DNA of 64,000 nucleotides from Escherichia coli (GTDB lineage Bacteria; Pseudomonadota; Gammaproteobacteria; Enterobacterales; Enterobacteriaceae): NCBI RefSeq assembly GCF_024223415.1, contig NZ_CP100500.1; one strand, 5' to 3'. Shown piece by piece: positions 54,750 to 64,000 of this stretch (position 1 is its first letter; each line of letters starts with the position of its first letter). The notes under the pieces were generated by a model. It saw only the letters and a program-made list of their open reading frames with translations, ran no database searches and was not told where the DNA came from. The position numbers and the translations under genes were made by a program.

Positions 54750-57247
54750 TATGCAAGCCTCACAATATAGTTAAATGCGATGTTTTTGACGGTGTTTTCC
54801 GCGTTACCAGCAGCGTTAACGGTGATGGTGTGTCCATGTGAGCCAATCGCAACGGAGTGCGTATGAGCACCAATACCGACAGTATGTGCGTGTGCACCTG
54901 CAGATGCTGCGGTGCCGGACAGTGAGTGGCTATGATTACCATCTGTACTGGTATTAGCTAACGCCCCCGTAGACATACCTACTGAGCCTTGTACACCCCA
55001 AGTATTTTGACCTGAGCTTGTATAACCATATTGATAAGTATCTTTAAAAACACTGGGGTTAAATCGACGGCCATCTCTATGGCTGTGATTACCAGCTGCA
55101 TTCGTGCTGCCACTTAAACTATGGGTATGCGCACCAGTGTTATTCGTAGATTTAGTGCCGTAATCAAACGACGATGTGGTTTTCGTCCCCAAATCCGTAC
55201 TGGATGCGCTGGCGCTGTGGGTATGCGATTTAATGCCGTCCTGTTCCTGAGACAATACGGCCCGACCACTGGCAGGTTTGCCCTTAATCGTCCAGCCACG
55301 CATATCAGGGATCACGCCTGACGGATAAGCCGCTGCAAGTTTCGGGTATGCAGATTTGTCAAAAGCCTGCCCCTGCATCAGGGCATAGCCAGACGGAACG
55401 GTATCTGATGGCCACGGGATTGGTGCGCCAGGCGGATAAAACTGCTCTGATGGCGTATAGAGTGAATAAACTGTACCGTCCGTTAACCCTTCCGGCTTAT
55501 TAGCAGAATATGCTGGTGACGTATGAATCGTCACGCTGGCATTACTGGTATAATCCCATTGAATATTTACACCAGTCGCATAATTTCCGATTGCAACGTA
55601 AATATCGTAAGTATCACCAGATGTATTAACCCAGGCAAAATTTGTAAACCCTGTCAATGTGCGCTGCCATAAAGCACCAGTAATCCCCTTCGGATTACCA
55701 TTACCTGCACGTAAAACAAGTTCAGATATACCTGCCTGTTGAGGTGACCCCACGTTAAATCCAGCGCCACCAATCAACGTAATTGAAACAACAGAACTCG
55801 CCTGTGGCATGGTTACCGTTGCTAATTTGAACCAACCAGCACCACCGCTGAATGACATTGTTGTTGAGTTAAGCGTACCAATATCTTTCGACGTCAGTGT
55901 TATATCCGCTGAAAGCGCCTTACCATTCACCTTACGGGCAGAAGGTACCCGACCATTCGCATTGTCATTAGCTGCTTTCACTGCTTTCGGTGTCGCAGCA
56001 AGCGTTTCAGATGTGCTGTTGGTTGCACTACTGAGCTGGACAATTCCTTTTTGTGCTGTCGTAGCGTCCTGTGCGGTGTATTTCCCGTTAGCCAGGTCAT
56101 ACGCGGCCTTAACGGCTTTTGGCGTTGCCGCCTGTGACTCGGAAGTGCTGTTAGTCGCACTGCTGAGCTGAACTATCCCTTTCTGTCCTGTCGTTGCATC
56201 CTGTGCGGTGTATTTCCCGTTAGCCAGGTCATACGCGGCCTTAACGGCTTTTGGCGTTGCCGCCTGTGACTCGGAAGTGCTGTTGGTCGCACTGCTGAGC
56301 TGTACTACCCCCTTTTTCGTCGTGCTCGCATCCTCAAGCGCCACGGCGGATGCAATATCCTCTGCACGTTTTGCCGCTGTCTCAGCGCGCGTTGCTGCGG
56401 ATTCTGCCGTACTTTTGCTCTGTGCTGCCGCTGCCGCACTGCCAGCAGCCTCTGTCGCCTTCGTGGATGCCGTCGTGGCGCTGCCCCTCGCTGCTGACGC
56501 CTGTCTGGTCGCCTCATCTTTTGAAGCCGACGCATCCCTGGCTGAGGAGGCAGCTTCTGACGCTTTCGTGGTCGCGGTGGATGCAGAAGTGGCGGCTGAT
56601 TGTTGTGACGCTGCCGCATTCGTTTCTGACGTTTTTGCCGCACCGGCACTGGTGGCCGCCGCGCTTTTTGAGGACTCTGCAGCGGCAGCACTTTTTAATG
56701 CTTCAGTGGCCTTTGCTGATGCCATTCCTGCGCTGGAAGACGCTGACTGAGCCGACGACGCGGCCTGTCCGGCTGACGAGCTGGCTGCGCGTGCTGAGTC
56801 TGCAGCATCAGTCGTATGGGTTGCCGCCTCACGGGCAGATGTGCCGGCATCGCTGGCTGACTTCTTTGCGGCTGCCGTGTTCTGTGCCACTGCGGACGCG
56901 TTACGCGCCACCTCTTCCACCATCAGCTCAAAACGGCGCAGTGCCTCCGGACGGGCATCATCCTCCGTCATGGCACCGAGAAAATCATTCAGCGTACCGG
57001 GTTGAGAATCTTCATACACGGTGATGGTCCCGGCATGTGACGGCGGGAATCCTTCCACCAACAGAATAACGCTGTACTGACCGTACTCAACGTCCATGCT
57101 GTAACGCCCGGCTTCATCCGGATTTTCTGAGGCCAGCGTGTTCACCACCACCGTGGTGCTGTTACGTTTTGCTTTCAGCTGGATTGTGCAGTTCTGTACC
57201 GGTTTTCCTGTGCCGTCTTTCAGTACACCTGAAATCTTTACTGCCAT
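54749..57247 (-). CDS. stfQ: side tail fibre protein, full length (about 832 aa)
   Basis: N-terminus [26 protein letters not shown]… as in lambda Stf; Ala/Ser-rich shaft; C-terminal His-rich repeats. Confidence 0.9.
55930..56330. repeat. about three tandem 132-bp (44-codon) repeats within stf
   Basis: Near-identical DNA blocks one 132-bp period apart (e.g. tcctgtgcggtg at 56067 and 56199) encoding [44 protein letters not shown] twice, with a third diverged copy. Confidence 0.85.
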
Positions 57248-57255
57248 ATTCACCC

Positions 57256-57286
57256 CACAAAAAAGCCCGCCTGAACCGGCGGGCTG
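57256..57286 (-). terminator. intrinsic terminator between lom and stf
   Basis: agcccgcc-ggttcag-ggcgggct followed by six U on the minus strand. Confidence 0.5.
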
Positions 57287-57311
57287 TCATAACACTGTGT
57301 TACCTGGCTAA

Positions 57312-57911
57312 TCAGAACTTATAACCGACACCCATGATGAAACCGTCAGTGCGCCAGTCGCCACTGCCGGAGCCTTCATAAGCAATATCAATGGCCACGG
57401 ATTCGGTCGGGTTAAACTGCACGCCAGCTCCCCACGCCAGAGACGTGTTGCTGTGGCGACCGTCATCACTTCCGGTCAGCACGTCGTGCGTTTTCCCCTT
57501 GTTGTCAGTTACGCGGAGATAATCCCCGGAGAAAGTCGACACACGGCTGTAAGCCACACCCGCCATCGCATACGCGCTGAACCATTCATTCACGCGCACA
57601 GACGGCCCCGCCATCACGCTGAACCAGCGGTTACGAACGGAATCTTCATGCCAGCGGGTATCGCTGTAACGGGTCAGCTGGCGATTCTTGTCTCCTGCAT
57701 AGCTGAATGACGTCACCAGCCCCAGTATGTCCGTAAACTCATAACGGTATTTCACGTTAATCCCGTTCAGATCATCGCTGCCGGGAACGTTCGTCGAGGC
57801 ATGAAGATACCCCGCGCTCAGCGTGGACTGATGTTCAGACGCCCATGCAGGCGCACCGGATACGGCCAGACAAATGGCTGCGGACAAAATGGCTGCACAA
57901 ACTTTACGCAT
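57312..57911 (-). CDS. lom: Lom/Ail-family outer membrane beta-barrel protein (199 aa)
   Basis: Signal peptide, beta-barrel ending …GFIMGVGYKF; lambda lom position. Confidence 0.9.
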   Translation of the reverse strand: MRKVCAAILSAAICLAVSGAPAWASEHQSTLSAGYLHASTNVPGSDDLNGINVKYRYEFTDILGLVTSFSYAGDKNRQLTRYSDTRWHEDSVRNRWFSVMAGPSVRVNEWFSAYAMAGVAYSRVSTFSGDYLRVTDNKGKTHDVLTGSDDGRHSNTSLAWGAGVQFNPTESVAIDIAYEGSGSGDWRTDGFIMGVGYKF

Positions 57912-57932
57912 AATTACCTCTCGCTTTTCTGC

Positions 57933-57960
57933 AATAAAAAAGGCGTCATTCCTGACGCCA
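57933..57960 (-). terminator. intrinsic terminator downstream of J (tJ-like)
   Basis: ggcgtca-ttcc-tgacgcc followed by UUUUUUAUU on the minus strand. Confidence 0.6.
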
Positions 57961-57981
57961 TTTATTGGGGTTATAAATATT

Positions 57982-60900
57982 TCAACGAATACTGATGCCG
58001 GAAGCCGCTTTTTTGGTCACAATCACCGTACAGTCGGTGATATTGCCTGCCCCCTGATTGCCTTTCTGGAAAATCTTAAACTCCAGAGTGACGCTACCAC
58101 CACCACTAGGCATATCAATAACTGCACTGTAACTACCGGGAATGGCCCCTTTAGTTTCTCTGGATGCGATTAATACGCCGTTTTTGCGAACTTCAAAACC
58201 ATAACCCGTGTATCGCGTGCCTCCTGGGTTATTTCCGCTCCCCGGATCGTCATACGCTATACCGTTAAAAATAATGGGCGGAATAATAATCTGGCGGTCA
58301 AAGTTATGATCATCGCTGATGGTGACTGTAACCGTACCGTTTGGTGTTTCCGTGTTACCCCACGTACCGACTTTTTTCGGGAAGGCTTTTGATACAGCTT
58401 TAACGAAATCTCCTCTGACCTGGGTCGCCTCCAGCATGCCCTTAATCGTACAGTTCTGGTTAATCGTGACATTGTTGAGCGTTCCTGAGTTCGCATTCAC
58501 ACTACCACTGATATCCGCATTTTTAGCGGTCAGCTTTCCGTCTGATGTCAGGGAAAATACCGGAGGACTGCCACCGCTGGTAATGGTGGGGGCTGTCAGG
58601 CGCTTCAGGAACACGTCGTTCATGAATATCTGGTTGCCCTGCGCCACAAACATCGGCGTTTCATTCCCGTTTGCCGGGTCAATAAACGCGATACGATTGG
58701 CGGCAACCAGAAACTGGCTCAGCTTGCCTTCCTCCGTGTCCTCCATGCTGAGGCCAATACCCGCGACATAATGTTTGCCGTCTTTGGTCTGCTCAATTTT
58801 GACGCCCCACATGGCATTCCATTTATCACTGGCGTCTTTCCACTCTTTCGAAAACTCCTCCAGTCTGCTGGCGTTATCCTCCGTCAGGTCGACTTTTTCC
58901 AGCAGCTCCTGGCCGAGATGGGATTCGGTTATCTTGCCTTTGAAAAAATCCAGGTAACCTTCCGCATCATCGCTCGCCCGACCGACGGCCTCCACGAATG
59001 CCGATTTGCCAACGGTGTTCACACTGCGGATATAAAAGTAATAATCATGGCCCGGTTTGATATTGATACTGGCGGCTATCCAGTACAGCCCCGTGCCAAG
59101 GTAGCGGGCTGTGGTTTCAACCTGCCTGATATCGGTAATCCGCGTTTCCGAGAACCAGAACTCAAACTGTACCGTCGGATCATAAACCGCAAGATGCGGC
59201 GTGGCAGTTATCTGAAAATAGCCCGGCGTCAGCTCAATCCGCGACGGCGCTGCCGGGGCGGCAATCCGGAACGATACCGACGCCGGATCGCCCTGCTGTC
59301 CCCGGGCATTTACCGCCCGGACCGTCAGCGTGTAACGCCCCAGCGCCAGTTGCCTGAAGCGGTAAGTGGTTTCCGTCGTCCGGGCCGTGCTGACCAGCCG
59401 CTCACTGCCGTCATCCGCGGCCACGGTCAGGCGAAGCAGGAAGCTCACGCCCTTCACCACCTTCGGCGTGTCCCAGCGCGCCAGCACCTGATATTCCCCG
59501 CTGTCTGCGGTGACTTCTGCGGTCAGGTGCTGTACTGCTGGCGGCGTGACACCATTCACCGTTCCGCTCTGGTCGCCGTCAAAGTGCGCCCCGTTATCCA
59601 CGATGGCCTCTTTTTCCGGTACATGCTGCACGGCAGTGATGGCATACGTGCCGTCGTCGTTCTCACGGATACTCACGCAGCGGAACAGGCGCTGGCGCAG
59701 CGTCGGCAGCTTCAGCCCCCACACGCTGTACTCGGCAACGCCGTCAGGAACCCGGCTCACTTTCACCTTCACGCCGTCGGTGACGGACTGAACCTCCACG
59801 CTGACCGGATTGCCACTTCCGTCAACCAGACTTATCAGCGTGGTACCGGAGGATGGCAGCGTGATTTCACGGTCGAGCGTCAGCGTCCGGGTCTGGCTGT
59901 TCACCGCCAGCACACGACCACCGGTGCTGATACCGGCATAGTCATCATCACAGATTTCAATGACATCGCCCGGTACATGGCGAAGCCCTTCAGCACCCAC
60001 GCTGAAGTCCACGGTCTGCGTCTCCAGCAGCTCCGTTTTAATCAGCCACAGCCCGGCGCGGTGTGCCTGCCCCCGGCTGGTACAGCCAAAGGCATCCATC
60101 TTCGTGACGTTACGACCGTAACGGGCAATGGCCTGCGTGTCCTCCACAAGCTCTGTCGCCGTCTCCTGGCCGTTATTCGGGTCACTCCAGTTCACCTCAA
60201 CGGCATTATGGCGGTCCTTCAGGGCGCTGAAGCTGTAGCGGAACGGCGCGCCATCATCCGGCATCACCACATTACTGCGGTTATAGGTCCACACCTTATC
60301 CGACGGTCGGTCCTGCACGAACGTCAGCGTCTGCCCGTTCCATACCGGCATACAGCGCATCGCCGAGCAGAAATCACTGAGCACATCCCACGCCTTACGC
60401 TGCCTGGTCAGCCAGGCATTACAGGTGATGCGCGGCTCCGTGCCACCAAAGCCGTCCGGCACTGACTGGTCGCAGTACTGGCCGATGACATACAGCGCCC
60501 ATTTATCCACATCCGCCGCACCAAGACGTTTCCCCATGCCGTAGCGCGGATGGGTCAGCATATCCCACAGACACCAGGCCGGGTTGTTGCTGTATGCCGG
60601 TTTAAACGTTCCGTCCCAGATACCGCTGTATTGCCGCGTCTGCGGGTTATAATTCGACGGCACCTGCAGAATACGCCCGCGAAGATGATAATTACGGCTC
60701 ACCTGCTGGCTGCCGAACTGCTCCGAATCCACCTGCACACCGACCAGTGCCGTGTTCGGGTAGCACTGTTTCACATCGATGATTTCGGTGTATGACGACC
60801 AGAGCGTTTTGTTCTGCAGCTGGTCTGTGGTGCTGTCCGGCGTCATCCTGCGCATCCGGATACTGAACGGGCGCGGCGGCAGGTTACCCACCACCACCGG

Positions 60901-61395
60901 GGCCAGATACTGCGAGGTGGTTTTGCCCTTAATGGTGATGTCTTTTTCCGTTAACCAGCGACCGTTACGCTGTATCTGAACCAGCAGGCGGACTTCCGAC
61001 GGATTCCGGTCCCCCTTTGAGGTGGTTTCCACCAGTGCCTGCACACCGAAGGTCAGGCGCAGACGGTCGATGTTTGCCGACGTGATGGTCCGGGTAATCG
61101 GCGTGTCGTACTTCACTTCCGTACCCAGCACCGTCTCGGAGCCGGAGGATTCAAATCCCTCCGGCGGTGTCTGCTCCTGCTCACCTGCCCGGAAAACCAC
61201 CGTGACACCGGAGATATTGGTATTCCCCTCACTGTCCAGCACCGGCGTACTGTTCAGCAGCACACTTTTTAATCCGTCCACCGGACCTTCAACCGGCCCT
61301 TCACTGATGGCGTCTATCACGCTCAGCATCTGGGATGATTTCAGGTTGTCCTTCGCTTCGCGCGGGGTATGCCCCTTACTGCTGCCTTTACCCAT
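57982..61395 (-). CDS. J: tail tip / host specificity protein J (1137 aa)
   Basis: [20 protein letters not shown]… collinear with lambda J over most of its length; C-terminal ~150 aa look different from lambda as I recall it. Confidence 0.95.
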   Translation of the reverse strand: MGKGSSKGHTPREAKDNLKSSQMLSVIDAISEGPVEGPVDGLKSVLLNSTPVLDSEGNTNISGVTVVFRAGEQEQTPPEGFESSGSETVLGTEVKYDTPITRTITSANIDRLRLTFGVQALVETTSKGDRNPSEVRLLVQIQRNGRWLTEKDITIKGKTTSQYLAPVVVGNLPPRPFSIRMRRMTPDSTTDQLQNKTLWSSYTEIIDVKQCYPNTALVGVQVDSEQFGSQQVSRNYHLRGRILQVPSNYNPQTRQYSGIWDGTFKPAYSNNPAWCLWDMLTHPRYGMGKRLGAADVDKWALYVIGQYCDQSVPDGFGGTEPRITCNAWLTRQRKAWDVLSDFCSAMRCMPVWNGQTLTFVQDRPSDKVWTYNRSNVVMPDDGAPFRYSFSALKDRHNAVEVNWSDPNNGQETATELVEDTQAIARYGRNVTKMDAFGCTSRGQAHRAGLWLIKTELLETQTVDFSVGAEGLRHVPGDVIEICDDDYAGISTGGRVLAVNSQTRTLTLDREITLPSSGTTLISLVDGSGNPVSVEVQSVTDGVKVKVSRVPDGVAEYSVWGLKLPTLRQRLFRCVSIRENDDGTYAITAVQHVPEKEAIVDNGAHFDGDQSGTVNGVTPPAVQHLTAEVTADSGEYQVLARWDTPKVVKGVSFLLRLTVAADDGSERLVSTARTTETTYRFRQLALGRYTLTVRAVNARGQQGDPASVSFRIAAPAAPSRIELTPGYFQITATPHLAVYDPTVQFEFWFSETRITDIRQVETTARYLGTGLYWIAASINIKPGHDYYFYIRSVNTVGKSAFVEAVGRASDDAEGYLDFFKGKITESHLGQELLEKVDLTEDNASRLEEFSKEWKDASDKWNAMWGVKIEQTKDGKHYVAGIGLSMEDTEEGKLSQFLVAANRIAFIDPANGNETPMFVAQGNQIFMNDVFLKRLTAPTITSGGSPPVFSLTSDGKLTAKNADISGSVNANSGTLNNVTINQNCTIKGMLEATQVRGDFVKAVSKAFPKKVGTWGNTETPNGTVTVTISDDHNFDRQIIIPPIIFNGIAYDDPGSGNNPGGTRYTGYGFEVRKNGVLIASRETKGAIPGSYSAVIDMPSGGGSVTLEFKIFQKGNQGAGNITDCTVIVTKKAASGISIR

Positions 61396-61455
61396 TCCTC
61401 ACGCTCCAGAAACGACAAAACCGCCCTGAGGCGGTTTCACATAAAACGTTTTTCA

Positions 61456-62103
61456 TCAACGACCAATCACCACAACCTGACCACCGTCCCCCTCGTCTGC
61501 CGTGCTGATCTCCTGAGAAGCCACCCGCGACCCCACGCGCATTTCACCGTACAGAACCGGCAGAACATTGCCCTGAGCAACCATGTTATCCAGTGAGGAG
61601 AAATAGGTGTTCTGTTTGCCGTTATCTGTACTGGCTGCCGTGGGCGTCCTGGCTTTCGGTGCCAGCATCTGCGCCACACCGCCCAGGATCATACTGGCCC
61701 CTGCCGCATACATGCCCGATACAGCCGCGGCACCCAGCCAGCCCACAGGGTTCCACCATGCCACCGCAATCAACGCCGCCCCCAGCACCACCTGAAATAC
61801 ACCGCCACTTTTAGCCCCCGCCAGACGCGGCACGATATGGATCACGGCACCATTTGCCAGCGGCTCATTAAGACGGGCAGATAATTCGGTTTCACCTGCA
61901 TCACGCCCGGCAATGCGCACCTGATACCAGCCATCATTCAGTTTCTGACGAAACGCCGGGACCTGTGTGGACAGCGCCCGGATGGCTTCAGCCCCCGTTT
62001 TCACACGAAGGTCGATGCGGCGGCCAAATCGTTGTAAATCCCCGTAAAGGCAGATGCGTGCCATGCCCGGTGACGCCAGAGGGAGTGTGTGCGTCGCTGC
62101 CAT
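61456..62103 (-). CDS. I: tail assembly protein I (215 aa)
   Basis: MAATHTLPLASPGMARICLYGDLQRFGRRIDLRVKTGAEAIRAL…; overlaps K by 103 nt as in lambda. Confidence 0.9.
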   Translation of the reverse strand: MAATHTLPLASPGMARICLYGDLQRFGRRIDLRVKTGAEAIRALSTQVPAFRQKLNDGWYQVRIAGRDAGETELSARLNEPLANGAVIHIVPRLAGAKSGGVFQVVLGAALIAVAWWNPVGWLGAAAVSGMYAAGASMILGGVAQMLAPKARTPTAASTDNGKQNTYFSSLDNMVAQGNVLPVLYGEMRVGSRVASQEISTADEGDGGQVVVIGR

Positions 62104-62744
62104 TTGTCGGTATACCTCTCTCGTTTACTCAGTTGTTCAGGAATATGGTGCAGCAGCTCGCCGTCACCACAGTAAATAGCGGCATGATTCGGCACCGATG
62201 AACCAAAACAGCACAGCAGCACATCGCCCGGCTGCGCCGCTGACAACGGCACCTGATATAGCCCCGTTGCCTCCAGATTATCCAGATAGAGATTCTGACC
62301 GTGACGCCACCAGTCATCCTCACGATGAAAATCCGGCATCTCAATCCCCGCCAGATGGTAAGCATCCCGGAACAGCGTGTAACAGTCCGTCACCCCGTGC
62401 TCAAAGCGCCGCCCGGTGAGATGCGGCACACAGCGGAATTTATGAATCTCACCCCGGCAGACCAGCCACCACGGCAAATCACTCTGCACCTGCAGCCGCC
62501 GGTCGGCCTCACTCAGCCAGGGCAGACCACCGGGGTGGCTGTGGACCAGCGCCACAATCTCACCCTGCATCTCTGCCCGCAGCCAGTCCTCCGGCGACAT
62601 CCGGAAATACGCCTCCGGCTCACCGGAGATATTCACGCAGGGAAAATATCTTTCCCCCTCCGGTGTTCTCACCACGAAGCCGCACGACTCCGCTGGCGCA
62701 CATCGCCGGGCGTGCGCCAGAATCGCTGATTCTGTCTGTGTCAT
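62001..62744 (-). CDS. K: tail assembly protein K, NlpC/P60 plus JAB/MPN-like (247 aa)
   Basis: Start placed at MTQTESAILAHARRCAPAESCGFVV…; HSHP metal-binding motif. Confidence 0.9.
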   Translation of the reverse strand: MTQTESAILAHARRCAPAESCGFVVRTPEGERYFPCVNISGEPEAYFRMSPEDWLRAEMQGEIVALVHSHPGGLPWLSEADRRLQVQSDLPWWLVCRGEIHKFRCVPHLTGRRFEHGVTDCYTLFRDAYHLAGIEMPDFHREDDWWRHGQNLYLDNLEATGLYQVPLSAAQPGDVLLCCFGSSVPNHAAIYCGDGELLHHIPEQLSKRERYTDKWQRRTHSLWRHRAWHASAFTGIYNDLAAASTFV

Positions 62745-62748
62745 GGGA

Positions 62749-63447
62749 TTACTGCGAAAGTTTGTTAATGGAAAGGAAGCCGCCAAAGTTGCCGACGTTA
62801 TTGCGAAACTTACAACCACTCAGGCATTTGCTGCATTTATCCTTCGTGATATCGGACGTCGGCTGGTCATATTCATCAGCGACAGCCGGACCGCTATAAC
62901 CGCACTCATCACCGCGATAGGTCCAGGTGCAGGTGTTGGCCAGCATGATGCGCCCCGGAAAAACAGCACCATCCGTTTCCGTCGGTGTGGAGAGCACAAA
63001 GGAGGCACTGACCGCACTCAGTTCGCTGCACTGCTCGATGCGCCAGCGGCTGATCACCTCCTGCTCCGGATCGGCGTCACTGTTTCCGTTGACGAAGTTC
63101 ACCGCATCCAGAAAACGGGCGTAAACCTTACGCCGGACCACCGTTCCTCCGACCAGACTCTGCAGGTCTTCCGCCATCCCGGTGACCATGCCGTGCAGGT
63201 TAGAAACCGTCAGTGTCGGACGGGCAGCACTGCCTTTGCCGTTCAGTTCAAATCCCGTCCCCTGAATGGGATACGCCTGATACTGTCGCCTCTGCCAGGT
63301 GACCGGCTCACCTTTATCGTTCTGCTCATTACAGAAAAAATAACGTTCTCCACCGACCACTGTCAGATCGATTTCCCAGAGCACCACCTGGGCTGACTGA
63401 GTGAGGCGTGTCGTCTCATGATGTGTTTCCTGTGGAATATCCTGCAT
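62749..63447 (-). CDS. L: minor tail protein L (232 aa)
   Basis: 232-aa ORF in the lambda L position. Confidence 0.9.
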   Translation of the reverse strand: MQDIPQETHHETTRLTQSAQVVLWEIDLTVVGGERYFFCNEQNDKGEPVTWQRRQYQAYPIQGTGFELNGKGSAARPTLTVSNLHGMVTGMAEDLQSLVGGTVVRRKVYARFLDAVNFVNGNSDADPEQEVISRWRIEQCSELSAVSASFVLSTPTETDGAVFPGRIMLANTCTWTYRGDECGYSGPAVADEYDQPTSDITKDKCSKCLSGCKFRNNVGNFGGFLSINKLSQ

Positions 63448-63456
63448 CAGAGACTC

Positions 63457-63786
63457 CTATGCCACGACCTGTTCAAAATCTGCCGTTATGGTTACCCACA
63501 ACGCCCCCACGCTTGCCGACCATTTACGACAAACCACCCTGATCGGCTTCCAGTCATAAGGTGGCGTCCACTGAAATGCGCGGACGCCACCGTGCCGTTC
63601 CAGAAAGGCTTTTAAAGATGGGTGTTCACATTTACGAACACGTATCGTCACGCTGTAAATCGACAACTGGTTATTCAGTCCCGCCGCACGACGCTGTTCA
63701 TAACCATCGCCCAGCTTCACTGTCACCACTTTCGGCTCTGATACCACATTCATATCCGGGCGCACTTTCCAGTGAAACGTCTCCAT
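63457..63786 (-). CDS. M: minor tail protein M (109 aa)
   Basis: 109-aa ORF in the lambda M position. Confidence 0.9.
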   Translation of the reverse strand: METFHWKVRPDMNVVSEPKVVTVKLGDGYEQRRAAGLNNQLSIYSVTIRVRKCEHPSLKAFLERHGGVRAFQWTPPYDWKPIRVVCRKWSASVGALWVTITADFEQVVA

Positions 63787-64000
63787 TACCGATATGCTCC
63801 ACTTAACCGACCACCATCACGGGCCTGCTGTTGCATAAAGTCCGCTGCCGCTTTTTTCCCAAGGTCATAAACCACCTTCAGGGCAGCCGGACCTATCTGC
63901 CCGTTCGTGCCATCGTTATTGATCTCGATGTTGTACTGCGGGGCAAACATCGCCATACCTGAACCACCAATATCCGCCACAACCCCCAGCTTACCGTCAG
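63786..64000 (-). CDS. H: tape measure protein H, C-terminal end only; gene continues past window end
   Basis: Open minus-strand frame to the window edge ending …QQQARDGGRLSGAYR; stop overlaps M start. Confidence 0.8.
   Translation of the reverse strand, partial: DGKLGVVADIGGSGMAMFAPQYNIEINNDGTNGQIGPAALKVVYDLGKKAAADFMQQQARDGGRLSGAYR

Larger units (their letters stand above)
52153..64000. mobile_element. lambdoid prophage (Qin-position), tail-end portion; continues past window end
   Basis: Starts at the truncated 5' end of ydfJ; contains ydfK, pin invertase, tfa, stf, lom, J, I, K, L, M and H' in lambda order and spacing. Confidence 0.85.

Noticed and set aside
55615-55640. gix-like TGTAAACC sequence inside stf
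   Set aside because: Only one half-site-like match with no palindromic second half and no partner elsewhere; likely chance.
58771-60465. 564-aa open reading frame antisense to the J gene (and similar antisense ORFs at 62743..63396, 56208..57024, 488..1108, 15370..16071)
   Set aside because: All lie entirely inside well-supported genes on the opposite strand in GC-rich or repetitive DNA where antisense frames lack stop codons by chance; the translations are Arg/Pro-rich low-complexity with no start context.
1-64000. CRISPR arrays, rRNA/tRNA genes, insertion sequences
   Set aside because: No regularly spaced direct repeats, no tRNA-like or rRNA-like sequence, and no transposase ORFs seen; the prophage interrupts a protein-coding gene (ydfJ), not a tRNA.

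Overview
This window reads as an Escherichia coli chromosomal segment, and I did not find a convincing previously undescribed multi-gene system in it. Every long ORF is accounted for by a recognisable gene; identifications rest on reading the translations against recalled E. coli and lambda proteins, with no database search run. Left to right: ydeM'/ydeN sulfatase genes; the EvgA-controlled acid-resistance genes ydeO, safA and ydeP; a complete F9/Fml-type chaperone-usher fimbrial operon; an AraC-family remnant; hipBA with four operator palindromes; a frameshifted autotransporter; the full AI-2 lsr locus (lsrKR / lsrACDBFG); tam, yneE, uxaB, dgcF, yneG, glsB, sad, yneJ, yneK, ydeA; marC / marRAB; eamA, ydeE, mgtS, dgcZ, ydeI, ydeJ, dcp, ydfG, ydfH, ydfZ, ydfI, ydfJ. 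From about 52.15 kb to the window end is the edge of a lambdoid prophage integrated in ydfJ (ydfK, pinQ, tfa, stf, lom, J, I, K, L, M, H'). The most unusual things seen directly are allele-level: an in-frame amber stop at codon 45 of an otherwise intact ydeP, and a perfect 26-bp tandem duplication that frameshifts the last codons of dgcZ. Also notable are a single frameshift splitting the autotransporter, an intact fimbrial usher/chaperone/major-subunit block that I recall as deleted in K-12, and a prophage with a lambda-like tail module plus an apparently orphan Pin invertase. Smaller leads are a 37-codon hydrophobic ORF at the prophage edge, the AT-rich orphan yneK, and a probable mgtS/mgrR convergent pair.
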